Positions 23,645 to 36,064 are shown, counted from the whole stretch's first letter. The stretch: 63,718 bases of DNA, filler included, from Olpidium bornovanus S191 (GCA_017911155.1; 29 parts of 29 records of this genome joined end to end with filler, not necessarily neighbours in it); one strand, 5' to 3'. Numbers and translations: made by a program. The notes: a model not told the origin generated them from the sequence alone.

Positions 23645-24601
23645 TCACGCCTCCAAGACCCATTTCCTGAGCGAATCGGGTATTTTTGCTAAGAGGTTCT
23701 TGGGCACGCTTCTCCGAGAGAAGCGGGCCACGGATGTCTCGATTTTGGACTGGCAGGTGGGGGATAAAAAAATGGCGGGAAGGGAAACGGGTAGGTTAAA
23801 CTCGGGAAATTCAGCCTTCGTTTTTGTTTTTTTTTTTTTTTTTTTTGGTTGCAACGCAAATGTCCCCCCACTTTCTTCCCCCTGCGCGCCACCCCATCCC
23901 CGCGACGGGGGCTTTCGACGAAAAAAAGGGAGAAAAGCGGCCTTTTGTTTAACCCTACAATGTCAGGACACGCGACGTCCGCCGTCTTTTCCATGCTGGG
24001 CACGACCCCGAAGGTGGATAGCGGGACGATGTAGAACTTGACCGCGTAATTCACGGGCATCCGGTTGCCGTTGACGCCGCAGTTCGCCGCGAAGTACTTG
24101 GCGATGACGAAGTCCTTGTCGTTCGTCGGGTTGTAGGCCACGGTCAGCGGGAACTGGACTTCGGTGGTCGACTGCTTGGGGATGGCCACGTTGTTGAGCG
24201 CGCCGGATGCCACCGGCGTCTGCGACCCGGGGATGTATCCCTGGTGTGTGCGCGTGTGTTCGCGAGTGTGATCGCGTGCGCGGTCGGAGCGCCGGGGAGG
24301 AAGGAGGGCGGCGGGGGGGGGGGGGGGATTCAGCCGCGAAACAAAGAGGAAAAAAGAAAAATCGCGCCGTGTCCGCAAAAGAAAAAAAAAACGTACCGTT
24401 CCTTCGATCTATAAGGCGACGTGCGGGGGAGTGCAGCAGCGCCCCGGGCGGGTTAAGGGGTGTTGAGGGAGAGAGCGCAAATAAGGGTTATGGCTCGGAA
24501 TTTCTTTTTTGCCAGGCGCGGTGAGAACAACGAGGCTCCGCGCTGGTGCGGGAAGAGGGTGGACGCGGTCGGAGGGTGAGGAGCCAAACATTCGAAAAAA
24601 C

Positions 24602-24634
<33 letters not shown>

Positions 24635-25037
24635 TAGAACGGTGGAGGAGCAAAAAAAAAATGTAGAGCGAGAGAGCTAGAGAGAGAGAGGAAGAGAGAG
24701 AGAGAGAGAAAGAGAGAGAGAGGGAGAGGGGGAGGGAGAGAGAAGAGCCGCGCGCCGCCGGCTTTATTTTTACCTTCGTGAAGGTCAGGCCGAGCGGGTT
24801 CGGGTTCTGCACCTGGAAGCGGAGCAGGGACGTGGCGCGCAGCTCCAGGCCGTCGACGGAGCCGCCGCCGCTGCCGGGCACGACGCCGAGGAAGTCGACC
24901 TGGGGCGGCTTCGCGACGAGGTAAATCACGATCGCGGTGATCCCGACGAGGAGGACGAAGAGGCAGAGGGCGAGGCCGCACAGGCGGCAGGCGGTGCAGC
25001 GCCGCGGTGACTTGTCGGCGAAACTCTTCTTTGTCAT
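23645..25037 (-). CDS. LEA_2/WHy-domain single-pass membrane protein, 4 exons including a 12-nt micro-exon
   Basis: TM helix, then KPPQVDF, FQVQNPNPLGLTFTK / IEGT (24397-24408) / GYIPG...NNVAIPKQSTTEVQFPLTVAY...NCG...CPDI. All splice sites are canonical; stop at 23645. Confidence 0.82.
24668..24742. repeat. (GA)n-rich microsatellite in an intron
   Basis: Repeated gagaga runs. Confidence 0.8.
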
Positions 25038-25281
25038 TTTTCTTTCTTATATATATATATATATTTCCCTTTCTTGCAGGGGTTTGGGACTGCGCTCCCT
25101 CTGCTTCTCTCTCTGCTGCTCTCGCTCTCTCGTTCTCTCGTTCTCTGGCTTTTCCGCGCGGTGCGGGGGTGGGGAGGAGGAGGAGAAGGGCGCGCGCGGC
25201 CGGGAGCGTCGGGCTGCGGGGTCGACCCTCTTCTCTCTTGCGTTGATTTCTTTTTTTTTCCTTTTTTTTTTTTTTTTTTTG

Positions 25282-25321
<40 letters not shown>

Positions 25322-25457
25322 GAGAAAAAAAAAAAAAAAGGGGGGGGGGGGCCGGGGNNNNNNNNNNNNNNNNNNNNNNNNNNNNNNNNNNNNNNNNNNN
25401 NTTAATTAATTAANNNNNNNNNNNNNNNNNNNNNNNNNNNNNNNNNNNNNNNNNNNN

Positions 25458-25965
25458 CATGACGCCGCAGGACCAAAGGCCGGCGCTACACACTACAACA
25501 TTCTGACCGGTACGTCGCAAAGCCTGCTTCTCGCGCCTTTCTCGAGGCGGCAATGACCGGAGGGGGTGTGGGGGAAAAGGAAGGCGCCCGAATCCCGTGC
25601 GGCTCTCAATTTTGCGAAATCGAGCTGCTCGCTCTTTCCGAAGGAGCAACGGTGGGGAGGGGAGGGGGGAGGAGGAGGACACGGGAGAGAGCAAACCGAC
25701 TCACCCCCCTATCCCGCGGACAAAATCTGCCGTTTTTTTGATGGACGCATAAAAAAAACACGGGGTCGTTTGCGCTTCACCCCTCCCCCCCCCCCTTTGC
25801 CGTGCAGGCCAAGCGACGCGGGAAAGCGAGCTGCGGCCGGCGAACCGCGTGTCGTACGAGAAGCTTCGCCAGGTGCGGGAAGCCCAGAACGGACCATACG
25901 ACATTATCTCGAACAGGTGCAGTCCGGCGAAAGTCGTCGCCTTGGACGCCCAGACGGGACATTGA
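25458..25965 (+). CDS. Hypothetical protein C-terminus (2 exons) with two Y[ND]I[LI][TS] motifs
   Basis: Exon 25458-25509 splices in frame (GTACGT..TGCAG) to 25808-25965, giving ...THYNILTGQATRESELRPANRVSYEKLRQVREAQNGPYDIISN... Confidence 0.4.
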
Positions 25966-26709
25966 AGAAGGACCGGCGATAGAATACCACAATCCAGGAC
26001 AATAGTGTCGGGAGGTTTTTTTATTTTTTTTTTCTGCACTTTCCTTTCATCTCCTCGCCCAATCACGGAAGTCGGAGTTCTCCCCTCCCCGCTTTCCCTC
26101 ATCTTTCCCGTATCTTTTTTTCCGGGGCTCCCGTCCCTCCCGCTTGCTTTCCCTTAATTACCCTCGGCAACGCTGAATTGATCGCAGCACACCAACCCGC
26201 GCCGTGCATACTTCTTGTCTTAAAATTTTTGTTTAACCCCTCCCCCTCCCACCCCGGTTCTCCGAATGGCGCAGGACCGCAGAACTTTTCACGGCACGGC
26301 GATTGTAGTCGCGACCGGGGCGTTGACGACAGCAGGCGCAAATCCCCGGCCCGCTGCGCCTGCGGCGGTTCCGATAGGGAACGCACGTGCACGAGGCGGG
26401 ATCTTGCGATGTGGTCGGGCGGCGCACGGGAACGGGGAGGCGGGAGAGCAACGGAGGTGCTGCCCGCCTGGTGACGATGATGGAAAATTTCCGCAGACGC
26501 CCCCGGGGCGGCCCGCGCTGGGAACACCCTCCCCCCGCGCCGCCGGCCCGCCGCCTTCCCCGGGCCGACGCGGAACCGAACGCGCGCCGCCGCCAGGACC
26601 GAGAGACGCCCGCGACCGGACCTGGCCGCCTTCCCCCCCGGCCCCCCCCTCCCCAGGCACTCCTGGCTCGCGCTTCGGTCCCCCGATAACGCGCGGGCGC
26701 GGCTGCGCA

Positions 26710-26833
26710 ATGGACGAGGAGGTCGTGCCGCACGTGCTGTCCGTGTGCTCGGCCCTGGGCGGGTTCGAGGAGGAGGCGGAGCATCCGCAACCGTCGCCGC
26801 CGGTCGCGGACGGGGAAGGAGGATCCCCGGCCG
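26710..26833 (+). CDS. TOF1: Tof1/Swi1/Timeless replication fork protection protein, N-terminal fragment
   Basis: MDEEVVPHVLSVCSALGGFEE matches the conserved fungal Tof1 N-terminal SxxSALGG motif; truncated by a spacer. Confidence 0.7.
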
Positions 26834-26994
26834 NNNNNNNNNNNNNNNNNNNNNNNNNNNNNNNNNNNNNNNNNNNNTTAATTAATTAANNNNNNNNNNN
26901 NNNNNNNNNNNNNNNNNNNNNNNNNNNNNNNNNCAAGGGGCAGATGCGCACGGTGTAGCTGCGCCTCCCCCTTTATTCCATTCAACCCCTTTAT

Positions 26995-27529
26995 TCCTTA
27001 CACCGGCCACACCAGCCAAACCGGCCACACTGGCCACACTGGCTAAACCGGCCACACCGCCTGCCGTGTGTCCGTCAACGCACTCTTGTGTGTGCGTGCC
27101 CGTATCTTCACAATATCTGTACCCCTGCGACACACCCCTCCGTACGCCTGCAACACCCCCCCTCCGTACACATGCAACACCCCCCCCCTTCCGCACGTCT
27201 GCAACACTAACCCCTTTCCGGAATGGAAAGTTGTGAGGAGGAGTTGTGCCGGAAAATCGTGACGGGAAAGATATTGGTGAGGAGTTGGGACGGAAAACGT
27301 GTGGCGGGAAAAGGTACGCTGAGAAGTTGTGACGCAGAAGCGTGTCGGGAAACGTGCTGGAAAAAATGCATCGGGAAAAATGTGTGAGGAAAGTGTGTCA
27401 GGAAAATTGTGTCAGGAATGCACCGGGTGCCTCTAAAAGTGCGGGTGTTCGAACGTGGTGGTGAGGCGGAACTCCTGTACACCGGGTGTCTCTAAAAGTA
27501 CGGGTGTTCGAACGTGGTGGTGAGGCGGA
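26995..27529. repeat. Cluster of short tandem repeats (9-bp CCGGCCACA, about 24-bp, about 20-bp, and a 50-bp direct repeat)
   Basis: ccggccaca units at about 27002-27057; tgcaacac-cc-ctccgtac units at about 27125-27205; ggaaa-gtgtg units at about 27240-27420; caccgggtg(c/t)ctctaaaagt(g/a)cgggtgttcgaacgtggtggtgaggcgga at 27421 and 27480. Confidence 0.8.
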
Positions 27530-27854
27530 TGACGAACAGGAGACGACCGTGCCGGCGCGCCCGGCCGGGCGAACGCGTGTGCAGCGGCACGTCCGCGCGA
27601 CCCCTGCCACGAAGTCGAGAAAGGGAGGGCGTCTGCAGGTCTCCAGCTGGAGACGGATGAGTCTCGGCGATGTTGTGAAGCGAGAAGCTCAAGGGGACTG
27701 GGCGTATGGGGGAAGAGTAGCGGAATTCCAAATCTGCTACAGAGGGAACCAAAGTTGCAGTATTAGAATTCCAAGACGACGCCAAAGAGTGGGACGACGG
27801 ACTGGCCTGGCAGCGAGGCTGCGGGAGGAGAGGGGTACGCGTTGGGGTTGGGGT

Positions 27855-28808
27855 CGCGTAGTCGTAGTAGTAGTTATCAAGCGGAAGGGAGGAATGCTCT
27901 AATGTTTTCGACAACGAGGCGCGCGCTGTTTGGGACAAACCATCGATCGTCCGGTAAAGGTCGCAATCAACCGCCGGTGACTTAAAAACCGAGCTTTGAG
28001 TAATAAAAACTGAGACACAGCCGCGCTGGCAGGCAGCAGCATACGTACAAATCACCGTCCTCCGGATTTTAGCAGCCCGCACAGGGTGCCGCAGTGCCTT
28101 CTCGAGCGCGTAAGAAGCAATTTTTCCTGCCTCCACCAGCCGCACGATATCCGCGTCCGTGAGCGCCTTTGGGCCCTCAGGGTCTGCGGACAAAGCCGCT
28201 ACCATGCTCGTCAGACCTCTGGTCTCGAAAGGCCTCGACCGTCAGCCTACCGATATCTGCCGGTCGGATTGGAAGCGCATGACATGATTTGCCGGTCGGA
28301 GTTTGGGAGTCGCATTTTCTTTTCGTTCAGAATAGCAGTTACATATGCAGTAATGTTCGCTTTTCTGAAAGAACGGCGAAAACGACTCCAGCTTTTAGAT
28401 TACTTCCAGTTTTAACGTGACGGCGGCAATGAAAAATGTGAATAGTAGGATGCTGTCAAAGAAGAGAATAAGGGCAGCCAAGATACAAAACTCTTTCAAG
28501 GCGGGGAAGCCTGTAAAAACAGCAATGACGTCGCACACAAAGGGAACGCGCACGCCGTGAAGATTGATTCGAACAGACCGGCGGACAGGACATCCAACAC
28601 TCTGCCAGTTCACAAATTGGCCTGTACCCCAAAGAGCCGCATTGTCACACCTGCATAACCCACCGGACAGAGCGCCGCACAGAAGCACGCTTATCTCCAC
28701 CGCATAGTCCCGGCCGAGCTTGCTGGTGACAGATTCGACGGCGCAAAGGACCCGCCTGCGACTGGAAAGCGCGACAGACTGGGATCCGGCATTCCAGTCC
28801 TCGGCATG
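27855..28808 (-). CDS. HMG1: HMG-CoA reductase fragments (sterol-sensing domain plus start of the catalytic region)
   Basis: DYAVEISVLLCGALSG, LKEFCILAALILFFDSILLFTFFIAAVTLKLE (SSD); GPKALTDADIVRLVEAGKIASYALEKAL and SSLPLDNYYYDY (catalytic N-domain). Confidence 0.88.
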
Positions 28809-29154
28809 NNNNNNNNNNNNNNNNNNNNNNNNNNNNNNNNNNNNNNNNNNNNTTAATTAATTAANNNNNNNNNNNNNNNNNNNNNNNNNNNNNNNNNNNN
28901 NNNNNNNNAAAGCAGGCCTGGAATTTGTATCCGTCTCAAAATTTTGCCCATTCTTCCCACTTTCGGGAATATATAATTGGTTATATTTATAAAGGTCGCG
29001 CGCCCTTTCTAAAAGCAGTGAGATCATGGGGGAAAAATAAATAAAAAATGTCTGCTACCACATCTGTATCAGGGTTTTCATTTGAGCACGGGCGGTTTGG
29101 GCGAACGGCGGATTGGGATGCCTTCGGAAAAAGAGCAAAAAGGCATTGTATCCA

Positions 29155-29400
29155 AAGACTTTGGAACCTTTGCTCGGTTTCTTCATCGGCATAGACTGTG
29201 GCGATACAGCGGTTTCTTCATCGGCATAGACTGTGGCGATACAGCGGTTTCTTCATCGGCATAGACTGTGGCGATACAGCGACACAAGACTTTGGAACCT
29301 TTGCTCGGTTTCTTCATCGGCATAGACTGCGGCGATACAGCGACACAAGAATATTACCTTTGCTCGGTTTCTTCATCGGCATAGACTGTGGCGATAGCGA
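29155..29400. repeat. Tandem array of a 35-bp unit (5 copies) with related 24-26 bp inserts
   Basis: ggtttcttcatcggcatagactg(t/c)ggcgatacagc at 29176, 29211, 29246, 29307 and about 29366 (last copy partial). Confidence 0.92.
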
Positions 29401-29620
29401 CGCAAGAATATCTTTTCGTTTTACAAACAATTTTTTTTCTTTTCGGTCACGGCTTGACTGACTGAGAATCGCTTTTGTGTATCCTTGCAAGTGGCGGAAA
29501 GTGGTTGCCGAGTTCGACATCTCGGAATCTAACGTGGTCTGGGACTGGGTGGGTGAGCGCTATGTGTCGCCTGTGGCCCGCAATTGATCTGTTACGAGCC
29601 GATGTGGGAGGGTCTCTGTG

Positions 29621-29692
29621 GCGCGCTCATGTGCTCCGCACGTAATGCGTAAAACAGCGCGCTCATGTGCTCCGCACGTAATGCGTAAAACA
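29621..29692. repeat. Perfect 36-bp tandem duplication
   Basis: gcgcgctcatgtgctccgcacgtaatgcgtaaaaca x2. Confidence 0.95.
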
Positions 29693-32229
29693 GGAACTAC
29701 GCGTCGTAATTCCAATACTACCGGTAACCCATACTTCCAACGGCATACTCTCGTAAACCGTTTTAAGTTACGAGCCCAAGCGAGTAAAACAACGGAAATT
29801 TCTGCTTCGAGCAGCCCTCGTGGCCAAGGACGACGCCGGAAGAGCCAGGCTCTATTCGCGAATTTACACCCTCGCTGGTGCGGCGCTTGCCCATCGTAAT
29901 TTAACGCCTCGGCGCGCACCACTGTGCACGTTTTCTCTTGTGCAAGTGCGTACGCACCGTCGGTGAGGTCAGGGCCTCTCTCAAAGCCTGCTTCCGCGAC
30001 AGTTGAGCACAGCAGGCCCCTCAGCGCGCTGCCGCGATGCGGCAGCAAACCTCGGCAGCTGCTGGTGCCGAGTTCTGCACGTCCCCTTGAGCCCGCTCTG
30101 CGCTGCCCGGTGCTTTGCACGCGCGTGCGCGGGCGCGTGGGGGAAAGGAAGAGCGGGCGGCGGGCGCGGGCGGAAATGCGGGCCGCTTTTTTCTTTCTGC
30201 GTTTTCGGGCCGCAATTTGCAAACTCTGCGGCCCCCCTCGCCCTTACTTACACCCCCTCCCACCCGGGGGAAAAAAAAAAAAAAAAAAAAAAAAACCCCC
30301 GCGCGCCCCTCCCACCCCCCCGCCACGCCCTTCCCTTTCCCCCCCGAACCGGTTAAAGCAACCCTCCATGGTGAGGAACCCATGCGGACCTTCCCCGTCC
30401 CTCAACCCCCCCCCCATCCCATCCGTCCGGGCGTCCCTTCCTGCCGAACGCTGGCGGCGGACGCCTCTGCCTTCCGCTGCCGACGTCCCCGTTTGCCCGG
30501 CGGCTGCCGCGCGCGCGGTTTCACGGGCGCTCGGCCGGCCCCCGACGAGTTGCTAGGTCGCCAGATGTCAATCGGGCAATGGCGGCTGTTGCCGCTGCAC
30601 AGCGAGCCAGGCACGACTGTCACGCTCTGAACGCTGTGTCGACTNNNNNNNNNNNNNNNNNNNNNNNNNNNNNNNNNNNNNNNNNNNNTTAATTAATTAA
30701 NNNNNNNNNNNNNNNNNNNNNNNNNNNNNNNNNNNNNNNNNNNNGGGGGGGCAATTTTTTTTCTCCGACAACTCGCGCAAAGGAAGTTGGGAGCGGAACC
30801 GCGATCGCGTCCGCGGCGGGGAACGAAGATCGGGCTACGGTCGGTGACGGGGGACGGCCGCGCGAGCAGCGGGAGGGGTGGGGACGGAGCGGGCGAGCGG
30901 CGGCGGCGGCGGCTTTGCGGGGAGGGGCAGGAAGGCAGGAGGGAACCCTGCCGCACCAAAACCGACTCGGCAAAAAGCCAAAGCAGTTATCAAGACCACG
31001 TGAAACACCGTGACAGCCTGACACACGCTGACTGTCACGGGAGGGCGGCTGTTGTGGGGAAAAGTGCAGCGGCGCGGAGAGAGAGACAGAAGCAAGGGTC
31101 TGATTGCGAAACTCTAAAAACCTGTCACTCCAACTCCAAAACGCCGACTTTGAAATCCACTCCTCGTCCTTCTCCCGGCACGTGACCCCTAAGACGCGTC
31201 CGCATCTCTTCCTTGGTTCTTTTCTTCCCACCCACGCTCGAGCCGAAGCTTCTGTACGTACTCCGTCTGAACGAAAAAAAAAAAAAAAAAAGTCCCTCAC
31301 CGAACGCGTAAGGAAGAAGCAGGCGTTAAGAGAAAGAGAAGAGTTCGAGGCCCGCGAGTAAAACGGCCCTGCGCCCGCCTGCAGAGCTGCTGTGCCTTGC
31401 CCCTCCCAACGGCGCGGGTGCAGACGCGCCGCAGTGGGAAGCCAAGCGCGCGCGAGCCCCGCGAGAACGCGCGCGGGGGCGCGGGCGTGGCCTACGCGCA
31501 GCAGGCGAGGCCGGGCGTGTGGTCTTGGTAGCGGGGCCTACGCGGGACGCGGCGTGGCGCGCGTCAGAGCACACATAGGGCCTGACACTTTGGCCCCCGG
31601 CTCACGAGAATATCCCGAAGGGGAAAATTCTCCGATCCGGGACCCCCACCAACATTGGCACTCTGGGGAACGCACACATTTGGCGTTTTCACTACGCACA
31701 CGAAGTCTACGAAAGACGGCTGTGGATTTTTGGGGGTAGCGCAGCAGCCGGCGGCTGCTTTGTCTTGGCGCGAGGATGACGTCACCGTGATTTGGCTTGG
31801 CAGGGAAAGGGGTTTGACGGCGCAGCCGCGACAGTTGCACCTCTTAAGCCCCTGAGCCCCTTGTCCCTCCACTCCCCCGGGCTTTCCCGAATGACAGGGT
31901 TGACCTCTTAGCCCCTGAGCCCCTTTTCCCGCCGCTCCCGCTCTCTCCTGGATCACTTTGGTGCTTGATTTGGTTCCTTGTTCTGTTGTCATATGCTCGC
32001 CGTGACTCGGCAAAAACCGAACGGAACCAAACACGCCATCGCCCTCCTGCCATCCTCTGTCTACGTTCACCGGAAAGGATTTCCAAGTGTTCCTGACACC
32101 AATGCATTGTCTTAAGGCCCCGTACCATTGACGAAGGCCGCCTCTGCTAAATGCACCAACTCTGCTAAACTTTACTCTTTTCTTTCTCCATTGCAGCAGT
32201 TCGGGTCCGCCGCGAAGTCGGCTTACTCC

Positions 32230-32700
32230 TTCATTGTAGTATGGTAGAAATCCATTTTATAAATGGTTCATTCAATTTGATCGGTTATGCAGGTACGACT
32301 AACATTATTACGCGCAAATGCCGCATCTTTAGTTGGTACAGTGTTTCGCCGTATTAATTTATTATTTAGTTTTTAATTGTTTTCCATTAAATAATATTTT
32401 ATTATACTGGGAAATAATAGTGTAACTATTACCACAGGTATTTTTATTATAATTTTAATTTGAATTTAGGTAAACATTTACATATTAATCTTGATATTAT
32501 TTGTATTTACTATATATTATATTATCTATAATATACATCGTATACTATTATATATATTATATACTATTATTATATTATATATTATATATATATACGATTA
32601 TATATATACGATATATTATATACATTGATATGTATTGCATATACTTTTTATATTATTAGATAGATTATAAATACTCTTGACATATTATAATTAATACTAC
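32230..32700. other. AT-rich low-complexity island with TATAT(A/T)-type repeats
   Basis: Visibly very AT-rich against a GC-rich background, with no ORF. Confidence 0.85.
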
Positions 32701-32934
32701 CCGACGGTGATGACGTCCTCTGTGACCGCCAAGCTAGGGCCGTTTCCGCTCGTTTCGGCACCGTTGACCCTGGGAGCCAAAGCAATTTCTTTTTTTTTTT
32801 GGAAATTCGCGTCCTGCGCTCGGACCGCGTGATTTCTCTAGACCAGAGAGCCACGAACAGCCGCCGCCTTCCCGAACGCTTCGGGGTGGACAAGGCCAAA
32901 TCGTGCCATCGCTTTAATGGGGCCCAACACGTGC

Positions 32935-32973
<39 letters not shown>

Positions 32974-33736
32974 ACCCCACCACCCCCCCCCCCCCACCCC
33001 NNNNNNNNNNNNNNNNNNNNNNNNNNNNNNNNNNNNNNNNNNNNTTAATTAATTAANNNNNNNNNNNNNNNNNNNNNNNNNNNNNNNNNNNNNNNNNNNN
33101 GCATGACGAGAGGCTTCCCGTCGGCGTCCGCAATGTATAAACAATGGAGACGTGACCGCATCTAGAGCTGTCTTGGCGATATGACGTCAATGTCGGTCCT
33201 TTTTTTGAGACGAATTGATACGAAGGCAGATTTTGAAGGCATATGGCGAGGGCAGATTTTTAAGGCAGATTCCGAACGTTCAACGAAGGTTCAAAGATTT
33301 AAGAGGTTTGGAAGGCAGATTATCTGTCGTGAGGCAGGAAAGCCTTCACACATAGAGGCGAGAGGCGATCCTTGCGGACGTAGTCACCGAGGAGAAGCGT
33401 GACAGCTGGTCAAAGATGGTCACTCGGCAGCCTTGTTCACGAGTGGTCCAAGTGTTCGGATCATTTTCAACGGAATCCCCTAGCGCATCAAGTTCCAAAC
33501 GTTTTTCGGATTGTCGCCTGGCCCCAGGCGCAATGCTGTACGCAGATTGCGCGCGTTGGTACAGAAAAGGGGGGAAACCGATGGGGCGTATATCTGTTGC
33601 ATCTTTTCTTTTTAAGATGCTTTTTGGAGTTCCGCTCGTTGTATTGTCTCGGGATGAGAAAAAGAAGAAGCAGAGGAGCCACGTGGCCGGGTTATTTTTG
33701 CCTTTCTCGCTTGTATCAGGACGGACTGGGTTAACT

Positions 33737-33767
<31 letters not shown>

Positions 33768-34789
33768 AATAAGCAACGACGAATAAGGTAAAGCAAAAGT
33801 TCGTGGAAAAGGCTAGAAGTAGGACATCTAAGATGAAAGGCCAAGCGTCGTCTAAGCGACCCTTTAAGCGAACAAGGGGTTTTTTTTTGTGAGGTGGGGG
33901 GGATATGAAGGGTTTGGTTGGTGGAAGAGGGACGGAGACGATAGATGTATGGCTCCCGGCCTCCCCAAGCTGTCTGTCGATCCCATAGCTCGCGCAACTC
34001 CACATTCACAGGTAAAACCAAACACAACGAACTTTTGCCTTAGCAGTCGACGCAGCCATCTGCGGGCAGCGCCGCCGCGTTGCACGACCAGCGGCCGCCT
34101 TGCAAGTTCCTCGCTGAAGGAAACTCTGGATGTCTAAGGTCCCGGTTGTCACGGTTGAGGTTGAGCTACATTTTATCTTACCGGTTATAAAAGGAGGCGG
34201 CACGCGGGAAACAAAATTACATTAACCAAAAAAAAAAAAAAAAAAAACTCACAATGACATGGTACAAAAAAAAAAAAAAAAAAAAGGCCAACACAAAGGC
34301 GCGGGCAGGGGTGGAGGAGGGGAGGGAGGGGAAGAGGGGCCGGTGAGAGGGGGGAAAAGTGCGATAAAACATCGCATGATCTACGCTTTTACGTGGAGGC
34401 CGGAAAGAATTCGCGTATAAACAAACAACGGGANNNNNNNNNNNNNNNNNNNNNNNNNNNNNNNNNNNNNNNNNNNNTTAATTAATTAANNNNNNNNNNN
34501 NNNNNNNNNNNNNNNNNNNNNNNNNNNNNNNNNAGGCGAGCTCTTTCTCCCCGCACCCAAGGTCGCGCAGCCGACCGTCGGCCGGGGCACGACGCCGGCG
34601 CGGAGGGCGGAATCACGAGTCCTCGCCACGCAATATCCCCAGGCGACGACGTCGACGGGAAGCGCGCGCGGGGACCCCGGGGGAGAAAGGGCTGTTTTAT
34701 TATGTGCCGTCCCGCGCCGTGGACGACGAAAGCGCCGCGGTCTCTGGGCGCGGGGCCGCTTCGTACCTCTCGAGGGCCGCGTTGACCAT

Positions 34790-34792
<3 letters not shown>

Positions 34793-34846
<54 letters not shown>
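34793..34846. repeat. (CT)n microsatellite
   Basis: Perfect ctctct run. Confidence 0.95.
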
Positions 34847-34850
<4 letters not shown>

Positions 34851-35904
34851 TCGGCCCCCACGGCCGCCGGGCCGCTACGTGATCCGTCTCCGGGCGTGGC
34901 AGCAGTTTTTCCCTTCGCGCGTGTTGTGCCAATTTATCTGTCCAAGGGCACATGCCGCGCTGCGTGGGGCGTCCCCTCTCTTGCCCCAGACTCTGAACAG
35001 AGGCTGACGCATCAACACCGCACTCTACCCGGGCCACCTCCGCGGAGAACCTTCCCCCCCCCACCGCCGGCAGAAATTTCCTCCGTCAACTCCGCTTCCC
35101 ACCGCGTCCCGTTCCCCCCCGCCGTCTGCGTCCTCTCCGCCTTTTGTATCATCCGCCTTCCGGTTCCTGGAAGGAGCTGCGACGTGTGTATGTTTCTCCC
35201 CCCCCCCACCCCACGTGGGCCTGCCCCGGGTCTCCCGCCCCTCGGAACAACCGGCGCAAAACGCCAGCGGGCCGAGCCGAGCGCGAACGAAAGAACGGTG
35301 GTGTCTGCGTTTTTTCTGCCAGGTGGGGGGGGGGGAAAGGAGGGGAGAATCTGTCCTGCGGACCGCGTTACTCGGCCGGGGCCCGTCCTTCCGGCTTTGG
35401 TCTCCGGGGAGTCTCTCCGCAAACAAATTCTGTCTTACACTAACGGCTTCTCCAAAAATCGTCGACGACCAAGTGTGGGGGCAGGGGAGGGAGGGCGGCG
35501 GGGGGGAGCCACTTGTTTCCGCCCGGCACGTTGAGGGGGGGCTCTCTTGCGCCTTGCCACGCCGCTAATATCATACGACAGCAGCCGAGACGGCGCGGTT
35601 CCGGCTGGCAGCGTCCGTGATGTCCCACGTCACACATGTGTATCCCGAGTCCTATATGATGCAACCAGCCTAGACTCAACGTTGTGATATCGATTTCGGG
35701 GGCAGCTGCGTACTGCAGACTCGAACAGTGACCGCGGAGAGGCGCAAGTTATCGTGGCCAGGCTGATCGTGGCGATCAACGTTTGACGACATCGTCCTCA
35801 GGGGTCCGGATACTCATGGCACGCGTGGAGAAAGATCTTGCTCACAGACGACGCCGGTCACACTCGCCGGAGATAGATTTTGAACTTTCCATAAAGGAAT
35901 CGAC

Positions 35905-35964
35905 TATACGTAAACCCTCCGGAGGTCAGCGGCGCTGGTAATCGCCTGGCACTGAGGGCACACT
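35905..35964 (-). CDS. Possible RING-finger C-terminal exon (RFWD3-like)
   Basis: Minus strand reads VCPQCQAITSAADLRRVY followed by GTATAG; the CPxC...DLRRVY pattern is typical of a RING end. The segment is very short. Confidence 0.4.
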
Positions 35965-36064
35965 NNNNNNNNNNNNNNNNNNNNNNNNNNNNNNNNNNNN
36001 NNNNNNNNTTAATTAATTAANNNNNNNNNNNNNNNNNNNNNNNNNNNNNNNNNNNNNNNNNNNN

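Noticed and set aside
29155-29400. CRISPR-like repeat/spacer pattern
   Set aside because: The first three repeats have no spacer, the two inserts are variants of each other, there are no cas genes, and the context is eukaryotic.
31844-32128. Gly/Ser-rich ORFs with a duplicated GAQGL segment as retrotransposon gag
   Set aside because: No complete CCHC knuckle or other diagnostic motif.
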